Assembly: GCA_964291675.2 (NCBI GenBank)
Contig: OZ219866.1
Span: 2,528,001 to 2,592,000, forward strand
Source of the DNA: Alphaproteobacteria bacterium
Lineage (GTDB): Bacteria; Pseudomonadota; Alphaproteobacteria; MPNO01
Direction: 5' to 3'
Length of the DNA: 64,000 nt
A program made the position numbers and the translations under genes. Numbering within the stretch: position 1 is the stretch's first letter; each line of letters starts with the position of its first letter. The notes under the pieces are model-generated. The model made no database searches. It saw nothing but the letters and a program-made list of their open reading frames with translations, and was not told where the DNA came from. Of this stretch, positions 1-9,195 are shown in pieces.

Positions 1-787
1 CGACGGCGGCGACGATCGCCTCATGGTCGATGGGCAGGCCCGAGGAGCGGATGTTGTCCGCCATGGCGCGGTTGCGGAACAGGAAGGCGAGCCGCCCGCG
101 CAGATGGTCCACCGCCTCCCGCCCGTCCGCCGAGACCGCGAAGTAGAGGAACGCGGCGCTGCGCAGCGCGCCCGGATCGCGCCCCGCCGCAAGCGCGCCT
201 TCGGCGATCCGGTCGAGGCTGTGGCGCACATGGGCGAGCGTCAGCCCGCCCGACAGCACCACCCCGTCGGCGATGCGCCCGGTCAGCCGCAGCATCTGCT
301 CCCGGGTCGCCGCGACATAGATCGGGATGGGCGCGGGCGGGGCGAACGCCATGCGCGCGCCGGCGAGGCGGAAGAACGCCCCGTCATAGGTCACCGCCTC
401 GCCGGTCCAGAGCGCCCGCAGGCACTCGATGAACTCGCGCACCGCCCGGATTGGCCGCTCGGGCTCGACCCCCGACTCGCCGAGGAACAGCGGATTGCCG
501 ACGCCGATGGCGACGCCGACCCGGCCCGGCGCCACGTCGGTCAGGGTCGCGAGCGACATCGCCGTCGGGGTCGGGTGCCACAGATAGGGGCTGATCGCGG
601 TCGGGATCACCGTCGCCCTCTCGGTCGACATCGCAAAGGCCATGCAGCCGGCGACGGCCTCGCGATAGCCCATGTGCTCGGCCATCCAGATCCGCTCGGC
701 GCCCGCCTGCTCCGCCTCGCGGACGATTTCGAGCGAATCGGTCAGTCGGTCGAACCCGTCGAAGCGAATACCGAGTCCCGGGCTCAT
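1..787 (-). CDS. LLM-class flavin-dependent oxidoreductase (luciferase-like), 3' end outside window
   Basis: Not in the ORF track. Manual translation from ATG 787 (GGAGG RBS upstream): MSPGLGIRFDGF...IWMAEHMGYRE...PGRVGVAIGVG...PIPIYVAA...GRIADGVVL, typical LLM motifs. Confidence 0.85.
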   Translation of the reverse strand, partial: MSPGLGIRFDGFDRLTDSLEIVREAEQAGAERIWMAEHMGYREAVAGCMAFAMSTERATVIPTAISPYLWHPTPTAMSLATLTDVAPGRVGVAIGVGNPLFLGESGVEPERPIRAVREFIECLRALWTGEAVTYDGAFFRLAGARMAFAPPAPIPIYVAATREQMLRLTGRIADGVVLSGGLTLAHVRHSLDRIAEGALAAGRDPGALRSAAFLYFAVSADGREAVDHLRGRLAFLFRNRAMADNIRSSGLPIDHEAIVAAV

Positions 788-807
788 CGATCCTCCATCC
801 CTCGCCG

Positions 808-2019
808 CTATGCCCGGGCGGGGCGCGCGGCGAGCACGCCGCCCTGCGGCAGCATCAGCACCGCGGCGAGGATGGCGCCCGCCGCCGCCGCCATCGCCAC
901 GAACAGCGCGCCGAAACCCCAGCTCGCATGGATTCCCGCGATCGCCGGCAGCGCCGATGCCATCACCGAGAACGTCACGATGTAGCGGATGGCATACAGC
1001 CGGCTGCGCCACGCGCTGCTCGCGATCCGCCCGATCAGCACGTCGTTGATCGGGATCTGCCCGAACACCGCGAGCATGAAGGCGATGGCGACGACGAGGG
1101 CGGCGATGCCGGTGAGCTGGACCATGATCGCGAAGAACACCGCCTGGAGCAGGGCGACGACGGCAAAGACGGCGCGCAGCGAATGGCGGTCGACGAGCCA
1201 GCCCACCACGAGCTGCGCGAGCGCCGCCACGGCGAAGACCAGGAACGCGTAGCCGCCGATCTCGGTGGCGGTCCCGGCGAGGTCGGCGAGGCGTTCGTCG
1301 AAGATCTTGGGCAGCGCGAAGGTGGTGCTCTGGAAGATCAGCCCGCCGATCGCGGTGGTGATCACGACGACCGCCAGCACGCGCCGGAAGGCCGCGCGGC
1401 CGATCGACGACGCGCCCCCGGATGCCGCCTTCGCCGGCGCGGCGGCGCGGCCGGGAAGGCGGCGGCCGCGCCCGGTCCAGAGGAACGCCGCATAGGCCGC
1501 GCCGAGGCCGATCGAGACGGCGCCCGGCAGGACGAACGCGCTGCGCCAGCCGCCGGTGTCGATCAGCCAGCCGGTCAGCAGCGCCGCCGCCGCGACCCCG
1601 AGATTGCCGAACACGCCGTTGACCGCCAGCGGCACGCCCGTCCTGTCGCGGCCCTCGACCACCATGGCGAGCCCGACCGGGTGGTAGATCGCCGCGAACA
1701 CGCCGATCGCCAGCAGGCCGAGCGCGATGCCGAGCGGCGTATCCGCCAGCGCGGTGGCGATCGAGCCCGCCCCGATGCCGACGAAGAAGACCACCATCAT
1801 GCCCTCGCGGCTCCACTTGTCGGCGATCCATCCCGCCGGGATCGCGCAGATCCCGAAGGCGACGAAGCCGGGCGTGGCGTAGGGGATGAGCGCCGCGTAG
1901 CTCATGCCCCACTCCTCGGCGAGGCGGAGCGCCGCGACCGTGGCGAAGATCAGCATGAACAGATGGTCGAGGAAGTGCCCGACATTGAGGAACAGGAAGT
2001 TGAGGCTGCGGCGCGACAT
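808..2019 (-). CDS. MFS transporter
   Basis: About 12 hydrophobic segments; motif A-like GWIADKWSR and GWLVDRHS; start taken at MSRRSLNF. Confidence 0.9.
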   Translation of the reverse strand: MSRRSLNFLFLNVGHFLDHLFMLIFATVAALRLAEEWGMSYAALIPYATPGFVAFGICAIPAGWIADKWSREGMMVVFFVGIGAGSIATALADTPLGIALGLLAIGVFAAIYHPVGLAMVVEGRDRTGVPLAVNGVFGNLGVAAAALLTGWLIDTGGWRSAFVLPGAVSIGLGAAYAAFLWTGRGRRLPGRAAAPAKAASGGASSIGRAAFRRVLAVVVITTAIGGLIFQSTTFALPKIFDERLADLAGTATEIGGYAFLVFAVAALAQLVVGWLVDRHSLRAVFAVVALLQAVFFAIMVQLTGIAALVVAIAFMLAVFGQIPINDVLIGRIASSAWRSRLYAIRYIVTFSVMASALPAIAGIHASWGFGALFVAMAAAAGAILAAVLMLPQGGVLAARPARA

Positions 2020-2026
2020 GGCGGGG

Positions 2027-3010
2027 TTATCGCAGGAGGTCGGCGGCCGTGCCAAGCGCCGCGACCGCCTGGTCGACGATCCGCTCCACCAGCGCGCCGG
2101 CGCGAGGCCGGTCGGCGATCAGGTCCAGCCCCTCGCCGGCGAAGGTGACCGCGACATCGGTGTCGCCGTCGCGCTGGGCGGCGAAGAAGCGTTCGTGCAA
2201 CGCCGCGCCCTCGCCGCGCAACGCCGCGTCGCGCCCGTGCCAGGTCTCCGAGAAGGCGTTGCGTATCGCCCTGCCGGTATAGGGCTCGGGCCAGACGATG
2301 CCGCGCGCGGTGTCGAAGACCCTGGTGCGCAACGTGTCGTCGCCGCCGGCGCGCGCGATCAGCGCCTTCTGGTTCGGGTGGCCGAGCGCCTCCTCGGTCG
2401 CCCAGAAGCGGGTGCCGATCAGCGCCGCTCCCGCGCCGAGCGTCAGCGCCGCGGCGAGCCCGCGCCCGTCGGCGATGCCGCCCGCGGCGACGACCGGGAC
2501 CGGCGCCACCGCGTCGACCACCGCCGGCACCAGTGGCAGCGTCGCCCGGTCCGCCCCATGGCCGCCGGCCTCGGTGCCCTGGGCGACGACGATCCCGGCG
2601 CCGTTCGCCGCCGCCTTCCGCGCGTCCTTCAGGGTCTGGACCTGACAGATCGGCACGGCGCCCGCATCGCGGATCTTCGCGGCGTAAGGCCCGACGTCGC
2701 CGAAGGAGAGCATCACCGCGAGCGGGCGCAGTTCCAGCGCCGCGTCGAGCGCTTCCGGCCGCCGGTTGAGCGCCCAGGTGATGAAGCCGATGCCGACGGG
2801 CGCATTGCCCGCCGCGTCGAACTCCGCCCGTATCCACTCCTCCGAGCCCCAGCCGAGCGCCGGGTCGGCATAGCCGGCCCCGATCAGCCCGAGCCCGCCC
2901 GCCGCCGACACCGCGCCGGCCAGCGCGCCGCCGGCGACGCCGCCCATCGGGGCGAGCAGGATCGGATGGTCGATGCCGAGCAGGCGGGTGACCGCGGTCG
3001 AGAGCGTCAT
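2027..3010 (-). CDS. Nitronate monooxygenase / 2-nitropropane dioxygenase family
   Basis: PILLAPMGG, VAQGTEAGGH, VVAAGGIADGRG and GTRF motifs. Confidence 0.9.
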   Translation of the reverse strand: MTLSTAVTRLLGIDHPILLAPMGGVAGGALAGAVSAAGGLGLIGAGYADPALGWGSEEWIRAEFDAAGNAPVGIGFITWALNRRPEALDAALELRPLAVMLSFGDVGPYAAKIRDAGAVPICQVQTLKDARKAAANGAGIVVAQGTEAGGHGADRATLPLVPAVVDAVAPVPVVAAGGIADGRGLAAALTLGAGAALIGTRFWATEEALGHPNQKALIARAGGDDTLRTRVFDTARGIVWPEPYTGRAIRNAFSETWHGRDAALRGEGAALHERFFAAQRDGDTDVAVTFAGEGLDLIADRPRAGALVERIVDQAVAALGTAADLLR

Positions 3011-3014
3011 CGGC

Positions 3015-3320
3015 TCAGATCGTCTGGATCAGCTCCACCACGTCGCGGGTGCGGGTCACCTTGCCGCTCCAGTGGCGGTCGAACTCGGCGATCATTCCCT
3101 TGAGCGCGTTGGACCCCATGATCCGGTTCACCGCCGCGAGATCGGCGAATTCGTAGAATGCGACGTGAACGTTCTCCTCCACGTCGCTCCACCCCCGGCT
3201 CGCCCCCGCCGCGTCGAACGCAGCCACGGCGTCCGGCAGGTGCTCCTCCTGGTACCAGCGGTCGAACGCCTCCCTCGCGTCGGGGTCCACCTCCGCGCGC
3301 ACGATGAAATATGCGGTCAT
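3015..3320 (-). CDS. Small dimeric alpha/beta-barrel protein (EthD/DUF4286-like)
   Basis: FDRWYQEEHLPD motif, 101 aa, same-strand run with neighbours. Confidence 0.65.
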   Translation of the reverse strand: MTAYFIVRAEVDPDAREAFDRWYQEEHLPDAVAAFDAAGASRGWSDVEENVHVAFYEFADLAAVNRIMGSNALKGMIAEFDRHWSGKVTRTRDVVELIQTI

Positions 3321-3500
3321 CCACTGCCTCCGTCCGACGATGCGCGGCGAGATTAGGACGTAGCCGTCCTGGATGGAACCACGGCGGCGTTGCGTTCCTC
3401 GATTCGGCGCTTCGCGCCTACTCGAGACTAGGGTCTTGGGCCGTCTACCGCCCCACCCTCATCCTGCGGATCGAAGGACTCACCCTGTCCTCCCCACAAC

Positions 3501-3657
3501 GTCATGCCCGCCCCCGGATCAAGTCCGGGGGTGATCCGGGGACCCATGCGGCCTCTCCGCACGCACGGCGATCCGTCTGGAAGGGCGGCGACGGGACGGG
3601 CCGCACCCGGCTCTTCATGCACCGCCCATGGATGCCCGGATCAAGTCCGGGCATGAC
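3501..3657. repeat. REP-like palindromic intergenic repeat pair (GTCATGCCCG...CCGGATCAAGTCCGG...CATGAC family)
   Basis: Inverted GTCATGCCCG / CGGGCATGAC ends; the core CCGGATCAAGTCCGG recurs near 57025, 58648 and 58944. Confidence 0.8.
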
Positions 3658-3780
3658 GAGGGCGGGAAGCATGACGAGGGAGGAAGCGGGCGTATCGAAG
3701 CACGGCCGCCTCCATGGGGCACAATAACCCCGCCCCATATGCGATAGTTGGCGCCCAGGCTGCGGAGGCGGGGGCGGGCG

Positions 3781-4680
3781 GTGGACGACCATCTGATCGG
3801 GATTCTGTCCAATATCGGGATGATCTCGTTCATCGCGCTGTCGGCCTATCTGCTGCTGATCGTGGGCGAGATCTCGTTCGGGCAGCAGGCGTTCTTCGCC
3901 ATCGGCGCCTATGCCGCGGGGATCGCAACGGCGATGTGGGGCTGGGATTTCTGGCCCGGGCTGGTGTGGGGGGCGGGTATCGCCGCGCTCGCCGCGGTGC
4001 TGGTCGGCATCCCGACGCTCAGGATCCGCGGGCTCTATTTCTCGATCGCCACGCTCGCCTTCGCCGAGATGGTGCGCTTGGTCTTCGAGGTGTTCGAGTA
4101 CCGCATCGAGATCGACGGCGAGACGGTCGGGCCCGACGGCTCGGACGGGTTCCGCGACATCCGCTACATCTTCGAGAACGACATCACGGCGTTCGAATAC
4201 ATGACGATGATCTACGCCCTGCTCGCCGCCGTGCTCGCCGGGTTCTTCCTGCTGGAACGCTCGCGCCTGGGGTCGATCTTCCGCATGATCGGCCAGGACC
4301 AAATCCTCGCCGAGATGCAGGGGCTCAACGTCACCCTCTACAAGATCCTCGCGCTCTGCATCGCCGGCTTCGTCGCCGGGATCGGCGGCGCGCTCTACGC
4401 GCACCTGACGACCTTCGTCGAGCCCAAGATCTTCAACGTCATGCTGGGCGTCCACAGCCTGGCCTACGGGCTGATCGGCGGGCTCGGCACCGCGTTCGGC
4501 CCGCTCATCGGGGTCGCCATCGATATCGGCTTTCTCGAGAGCGTGCAGTTCATCTCGGGCTACCGGATGATCGCCTTCGGCGGGCTGGTGGCGGTGCTGC
4601 TGATCGTCCGCCCGCGCGGCCTGCTGGACGAGGCGGCGGTCAACCGGATCAGGCTGGCGCTGCGCCGCCGCCATGCTTGA
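3781..4680 (+). CDS. Branched-chain amino acid-type ABC transporter permease (LivM-like)
   Basis: GEISFGQQAFFAIGAY, LRIRGLYFSIATLAF and IGGLGT motifs; GTG start at 3781. Confidence 0.88.
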   Translation: MDDHLIGILSNIGMISFIALSAYLLLIVGEISFGQQAFFAIGAYAAGIATAMWGWDFWPGLVWGAGIAALAAVLVGIPTLRIRGLYFSIATLAFAEMVRLVFEVFEYRIEIDGETVGPDGSDGFRDIRYIFENDITAFEYMTMIYALLAAVLAGFFLLERSRLGSIFRMIGQDQILAEMQGLNVTLYKILALCIAGFVAGIGGALYAHLTTFVEPKIFNVMLGVHSLAYGLIGGLGTAFGPLIGVAIDIGFLESVQFISGYRMIAFGGLVAVLLIVRPRGLLDEAAVNRIRLALRRRHA

Positions 4681-5431
4681 GGTCGAGAACCTGGTCCGCA
4701 AGTTCGGCGCCGTCGAGGCCATCGCCGGGCTCGATCTCGCCGTCACGCCCGGCGACTGCCTCGGGCTGATCGGTCCCAACGGGTCGGGCAAGACCACGCT
4801 GTTCAACGTGGTCACCGGGGTTTACCCGCCGAGCGCGGGCATCATCCGCCTCGACGGCGAGGACATCGCCGGGTCGAAGCCCGACCGGATCGTGAACCGG
4901 GGCGTCGCGCGCACCTTCCAGAACCTCCGCATCTTCGAGCGCATGACGGTGTTCGAGAACGTTTGGGCGGCGCAGCACCGGCGCGGCGACGTGGCACCGC
5001 GCGAATTGCTGTTCGCCCGCCCTGCCGCCGAGCGCGCGCGGCGGGCGGAGGTCGACGCGCTGCTGGAACGGGCCGGGCTCGCGGACCGGCGCGACATCCT
5101 GGCCGGTGGGTTGCCGCTGCCCGACCAGCGGCGCCTGGAGCTCGTGCGCGCACTCGCGCGCGGCCCCCGGCTGCTGCTGCTCGACGAGCCCGCCGGCGGC
5201 ATGACCCCGGCCGAGACCGAGCGCATGGCGGAGCTGATCCGCGAGGCGGCGATCCCCGGGCGCACCTGCATCGTCATCGAGCACAAGATGGAGATGATCC
5301 GCGAGCTCTGCGACCGCGTCTGCGTGCTCGATTTCGGCCGCAAGATCGCCGAGGGCTCGCCCGGGTCGGTGCTGCGCGACGACCGGGTGATCGAGGCCTA
5401 TATCGGGCGCGAGGTCGGCGAAGATGCTTGA
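4673..5431 (+). CDS. ABC transporter ATP-binding protein (LivG-like)
   Basis: Walker A GPNGSGKT, ARTFQN, LLLLDEPAGG, IEH. Confidence 0.92.
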   Translation: MLEVENLVRKFGAVEAIAGLDLAVTPGDCLGLIGPNGSGKTTLFNVVTGVYPPSAGIIRLDGEDIAGSKPDRIVNRGVARTFQNLRIFERMTVFENVWAAQHRRGDVAPRELLFARPAAERARRAEVDALLERAGLADRRDILAGGLPLPDQRRLELVRALARGPRLLLLDEPAGGMTPAETERMAELIREAAIPGRTCIVIEHKMEMIRELCDRVCVLDFGRKIAEGSPGSVLRDDRVIEAYIGREVGEDA

Positions 5432-6146
5432 GCTGCGCGACCTGCGGGTGGATTACGGCCGGATCCGGGCGCTCCAGGGGGTCTCGCTCGACGTGCGCGA
5501 GGGCGAGATCGTCGCGCTGATCGGCGCCAACGGGGCGGGCAAAAGCTCGACGATGAACGCGATCTCCGGCATCGTCCGGCCGTCCGGCGGCGAGATCCGC
5601 TTCGCGGGCGAGGACCTCGCCGGGCTGGCCTCGCACGCGATCGTGCGGCGCGGCATCGTCCAGGTGCCGGAGGGGCGGCTGATCTTCGCCGGGCTGACGA
5701 TCGAGGAGAATCTGCGGCTCGCCGCCGCCGCCTGCCATGACCGGCGGGCCGAGGAAGCGGCGCTCGACCGCGTGCTGGCGCTGTTTCCCATGCTCGCCGA
5801 CCGGTTGAAGGACCGGGGGTCCGGGCTCAGCGGCGGGCAGGCCCAGATGCTGGCGCTGGCGCGCGGGCTGGTCGCATCGCCGCGGCTGCTGCTGCTCGAC
5901 GAGCCCTCGCTCGGCCTCGCCCCGGTCGCCGCCATCGAGGTGTTCGACCTGATCTCCAGGCTGCGAGGGAGCGGGGTCACGGTGCTGCTTGTCGAGCAGA
6001 ACGTGCGCCGGGCGCTCGCCATCGCCGATCGCGGCTATGTCCTCGAAAGCGGACGGATTACACTCGACGGCGAGGCGCGGGAATTGCTCGGCCACGAACT
6101 TCTGGTGCGCTCCTATCTCGGCATCCACAAGAGGGAGGTCGCGTGA
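5424..6146 (+). CDS. ABC transporter ATP-binding protein (LivF-like)
   Basis: GANGAGKS, VPEGR, LSGGQ, LDEPSLGLAP, VEQN. Confidence 0.92.
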   Translation: MLELRDLRVDYGRIRALQGVSLDVREGEIVALIGANGAGKSSTMNAISGIVRPSGGEIRFAGEDLAGLASHAIVRRGIVQVPEGRLIFAGLTIEENLRLAAAACHDRRAEEAALDRVLALFPMLADRLKDRGSGLSGGQAQMLALARGLVASPRLLLLDEPSLGLAPVAAIEVFDLISRLRGSGVTVLLVEQNVRRALAIADRGYVLESGRITLDGEARELLGHELLVRSYLGIHKREVA

Positions 6147-6565
6147 TGGTCCGGACGGCATTGGCGATCGCCGCCGCGGTGTCGGCGGCGCTCTTGACGG
6201 GCGGCGCCGCGGCCGCCGACCGGGCGAAGGCGACGGTCGAGTGCGCGCCCACCGCCGAGCGGCTGGTCTATGACTGCAAGATCATGCTGATGGGCCGCAA
6301 GAGCGGCGCCCCGCTCGCGGGCGCGAAGCTGGTGGTCGGCGCCGACATGCCGTCGATGCCGCTCGCCCACAATGTCAGGCCGGTGACGGCGGCGCCCGGC
6401 GGGGCGCCCGGCATGTACGAGGCGCGGATCGAGCTCGAGATGCACGGCGAATGGGCGCTCAGGCTCGACGTCTCCGGGCCGCTGCGCGACCGCCTGATCC
6501 ACAAGATGCATTTCGGCGGGGCGAAGGGTGGCGAGACGGAGCAAAAGCACCACATGAAGAAATAG
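6143..6565 (+). CDS. Secreted YtkA/FixH-like Ig-fold protein
   Basis: Signal peptide; ADMPSMPLAH and GMYEARIELEMHGEW motifs; Met/His-rich. Confidence 0.65.
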   Translation: MMVRTALAIAAAVSAALLTGGAAAADRAKATVECAPTAERLVYDCKIMLMGRKSGAPLAGAKLVVGADMPSMPLAHNVRPVTAAPGGAPGMYEARIELEMHGEWALRLDVSGPLRDRLIHKMHFGGAKGGETEQKHHMKK

Positions 6566-6624
6566 ATGCGGCGCCTCCGTTGCGCTCGAAGGGATTGGCT
6601 CCAATATCATTGCGAGGGGTGACC

Positions 6625-7110
6625 ATGTGGCGATCAGTTGCGATATTCCTGGTCGGCGGCGTTCTCGGAACGGGGTTCGGCGTCGCGGTGGGTTTTTTTG
6701 CGTTCCCCTACGTGTTCCCGCCGCCGCCGGCGATGGAGACCCTGGCGCCCGGGGAGCAGACCGCCGTCGTCGCGCGCGGGACGTTCATCCACGCCGATCC
6801 CAACGACCCGATCCATTACGGAAAGGGCCGGGTCACGGTGCGCGAGAAGGTGGTCTTCCTGGAGGACGATTTCGAGGTCGGGCCCGGCCCCGCGTTCCAC
6901 GTCTATCTGGTGCCGCGCGAGAAGATCCGCGACTCCGCGTCTGTCAAGGACACCATGTTCGTCGATCTCGGCAAGCTGCGCGCCTTCGAGGGCAGCCAGA
7001 GATACCCGATTCCCGCCGGGGTCGATCTCGCCAAATACCCGAGCGTGGTGATCTGGTGCGCCCAGTTCGGAGTCCTGATCTCGCCCGCCGACCTCGCCTT
7101 CGGCGCCTGA
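6625..7110 (+). CDS. DM13 domain-containing protein
   Basis: N-terminal TM; GPGPAFHVYL, DLGKL..FEGSQRYPIP, SVVIWC.QFGV motifs. Confidence 0.85.
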   Translation: MWRSVAIFLVGGVLGTGFGVAVGFFAFPYVFPPPPAMETLAPGEQTAVVARGTFIHADPNDPIHYGKGRVTVREKVVFLEDDFEVGPGPAFHVYLVPREKIRDSASVKDTMFVDLGKLRAFEGSQRYPIPAGVDLAKYPSVVIWCAQFGVLISPADLAFGA

Positions 7111-7119
7111 GCGCCGCCC

Positions 7120-8352
7120 TCAGCCGTAGTCGCGCCGGTCGTCTATGACCTTGCCGTCATTGGGCAGCGCGCCGGGCTCGACGAGCTCGACTTCGGTGCG
7201 GAGCTTGCACTCGGCGCGGAAGGACTCGGCCAGCGCGGCCGCGAGGTCCTCCGATCCGCCGCTCGCCTCGCAGCGCAGCAGCGGGGCGTCGATGCCGTCC
7301 TTCTCGCCCACCACGAGGCGCATGCGGCCGACCCCCGGGTGGGCGCGGAGAACCCGGTCGATCTGGGCCGGGTCGACGAACATGCCGCGGATCTTGGTCC
7401 TCTGGTCGGCCCGGCCGAGCCATCCCCTTATGCGCGGCGCGGTGCGCCCGCAGGGGCTCTGCCCGTCCAGCATCGCAGACAGGTCGCCGGTGGCGAAGCG
7501 GAGCAGCGGGTAGTCCTCGTCGAGCAGCGTGACCACCACCTCGCCGACCTCGCCGTCCGGCACCGGGGTGCCGGTGCCGGGGCGGACGATCTCGACGATC
7601 ACGTCCTCGTCCAGGATCATGCCCTCGCGCGCCTCGGACTCGTAGGCGATCAGCCCGACATCCGCCGTGCCGTAGGATTGCAGCACCGCGATGCCCCGGT
7701 CGTCGTATTCCTTGCGAAGCGGCGGCAGCAGCGCCCCGCCGCCGACCGCGCCGCGCCGGATCGAGGAGACGTCCGCCCCGGTCTCGTCCGCCCTGTCCAG
7801 GATGATCTTGAGGAAATCGGGCGTCCCGGCGAAGCCCACCGGCCGGAAATGCCCGATCGCCTGGATCTGGCTGTCGGTCTGGCCGGTGCCGCCCGGGATG
7901 ACCGGGCAGCCGACCGCCCCGGCGGCGCCGTCGAACATCATGCCGGCCGGGGTGAAATGGTAGGAGAAGCAGTTGAGCACGATGTCGCCGGCGCGGAACC
8001 CGGCGGCATGGAGCGCCCTTCCCATCCGCCAGTAATCCGGGCGCCGTCCCTGCGGGTCGGCGATCGGCCCCGGCGAGAGGAAGAGCCGCGTCATCTTCTC
8101 GGTCGGCAGGCGGTTGAGCCCGGCGAGAGGGGTCGCCGCCGTCTGGCGTTCCAGGAGGTCGCCCTTGCGGATCACCGGCAGCCGGGCCAGCGCCTCGCGG
8201 CTCGCAATGTCGCGAGGCTCAATCCCGGCGAGCGCCGCGGCCTGGCCGGGGGTTTCGCCGGCGCGCGCGACCTGCGCCGGCAGCGCGGCCATCAGCGCGG
8301 CCTCGCGCGCCTCCGGCGGGCGAGTCTCGCGCTCGTCGAAAAAATCCGTCAT
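7120..8352 (-). CDS. Phenylacetate-CoA ligase-like (PaaK family) AMP-binding protein
   Basis: FLSPGPI, YGTADVG, RFATGDLS, GRADQRTKIRGMFV. Confidence 0.88.
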   Translation of the reverse strand: MTDFFDERETRPPEAREAALMAALPAQVARAGETPGQAAALAGIEPRDIASREALARLPVIRKGDLLERQTAATPLAGLNRLPTEKMTRLFLSPGPIADPQGRRPDYWRMGRALHAAGFRAGDIVLNCFSYHFTPAGMMFDGAAGAVGCPVIPGGTGQTDSQIQAIGHFRPVGFAGTPDFLKIILDRADETGADVSSIRRGAVGGGALLPPLRKEYDDRGIAVLQSYGTADVGLIAYESEAREGMILDEDVIVEIVRPGTGTPVPDGEVGEVVVTLLDEDYPLLRFATGDLSAMLDGQSPCGRTAPRIRGWLGRADQRTKIRGMFVDPAQIDRVLRAHPGVGRMRLVVGEKDGIDAPLLRCEASGGSEDLAAALAESFRAECKLRTEVELVEPGALPNDGKVIDDRRDYG

Positions 8353-9164
8353 CAGGCGAGCCAGCGCTTGCGGCGGCGATAGGATTTCACGTCGCGGTAG
8401 CTCTTGCGGCCGGAGGACGACAGGCCGAGATAGAACTCCTTCACGTCCTCGTTCTCGCGCAGCACCGAAGCCTCGCCGTCCAGCACCACCCTTCCGTTCT
8501 CCAGGATGTAGCCGTAGCGGGCATAGCGCAGCGCCATGTTGGTGTTCTGCTCGGCCAGCAGGATCGTCACGCCTTCCTCCTCGTTGAGCCGCGAGACGAT
8601 GCCGAAGATCTCCTCGACGAGCTGCGGGGCGAGCCCCATCGACGGCTCGTCGAGCAGGATCATCTTGGGCCGGGTCATCAGGGCGCGGCCGATCGCGGTC
8701 ATCTGCTGCTCGCCGCCCGAGGTGTAGCCGGCCTGCGCCTTGCGGCGCTCCTTGAGCCGGGGGAAGTAGCGGTAGACCAGGTCGAGGTCGTCGGCGAAGT
8801 TCTTCTTGTCGCCCCTTATATAGGCGCCGGTCAGCAGGTTTTCCTCGACCGTCAGGTGCTCGAAGCAGTGGCGGCCTTCCATCACCTGGACCACGCCGCG
8901 GGTGACCAGGTCGTGCGCCGTCAGCTTCTCGATGCGTTCGTTGCGGTACTCGATGGTCCCCTTGGTGACGTCCCCCCGCTCCGCCCGGAGCAAATTGGAG
9001 ATCGCCTTCAGGGTGGTCGTCTTGCCGGCGCCGTTGGCCCCGAGGAGGGCGACGATGCCCCCCTCGGGAACGTGGAAGGAAACCCCCTTGAGGACCAGGA
9101 TCACCCGGTCGTAGATGACCTCGATGTTGCTGACATCGAGCAGGGCGTTCCCGTTCTCCGCCAT
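8352..9164 (-). CDS. ABC transporter ATP-binding protein (LivF-like)
   Basis: GANGAGKT, SGGEQQM, LDEPSMGLAP, C-terminal YRRRKRWLA. Confidence 0.92.
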   Translation of the reverse strand: MAENGNALLDVSNIEVIYDRVILVLKGVSFHVPEGGIVALLGANGAGKTTTLKAISNLLRAERGDVTKGTIEYRNERIEKLTAHDLVTRGVVQVMEGRHCFEHLTVEENLLTGAYIRGDKKNFADDLDLVYRYFPRLKERRKAQAGYTSGGEQQMTAIGRALMTRPKMILLDEPSMGLAPQLVEEIFGIVSRLNEEEGVTILLAEQNTNMALRYARYGYILENGRVVLDGEASVLRENEDVKEFYLGLSSSGRKSYRDVKSYRRRKRWLA

Positions 9165-9195
9165 GCCAACGGTTCCGCTACGCCTCGCTGGGGTC

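Noticed and set aside
3311-3833. Short ORFs over the REP cluster (also 58529-59349)
   Set aside because: Translations of palindromic repeats (MPGLDPGIH-like peptides) with no independent coding evidence.
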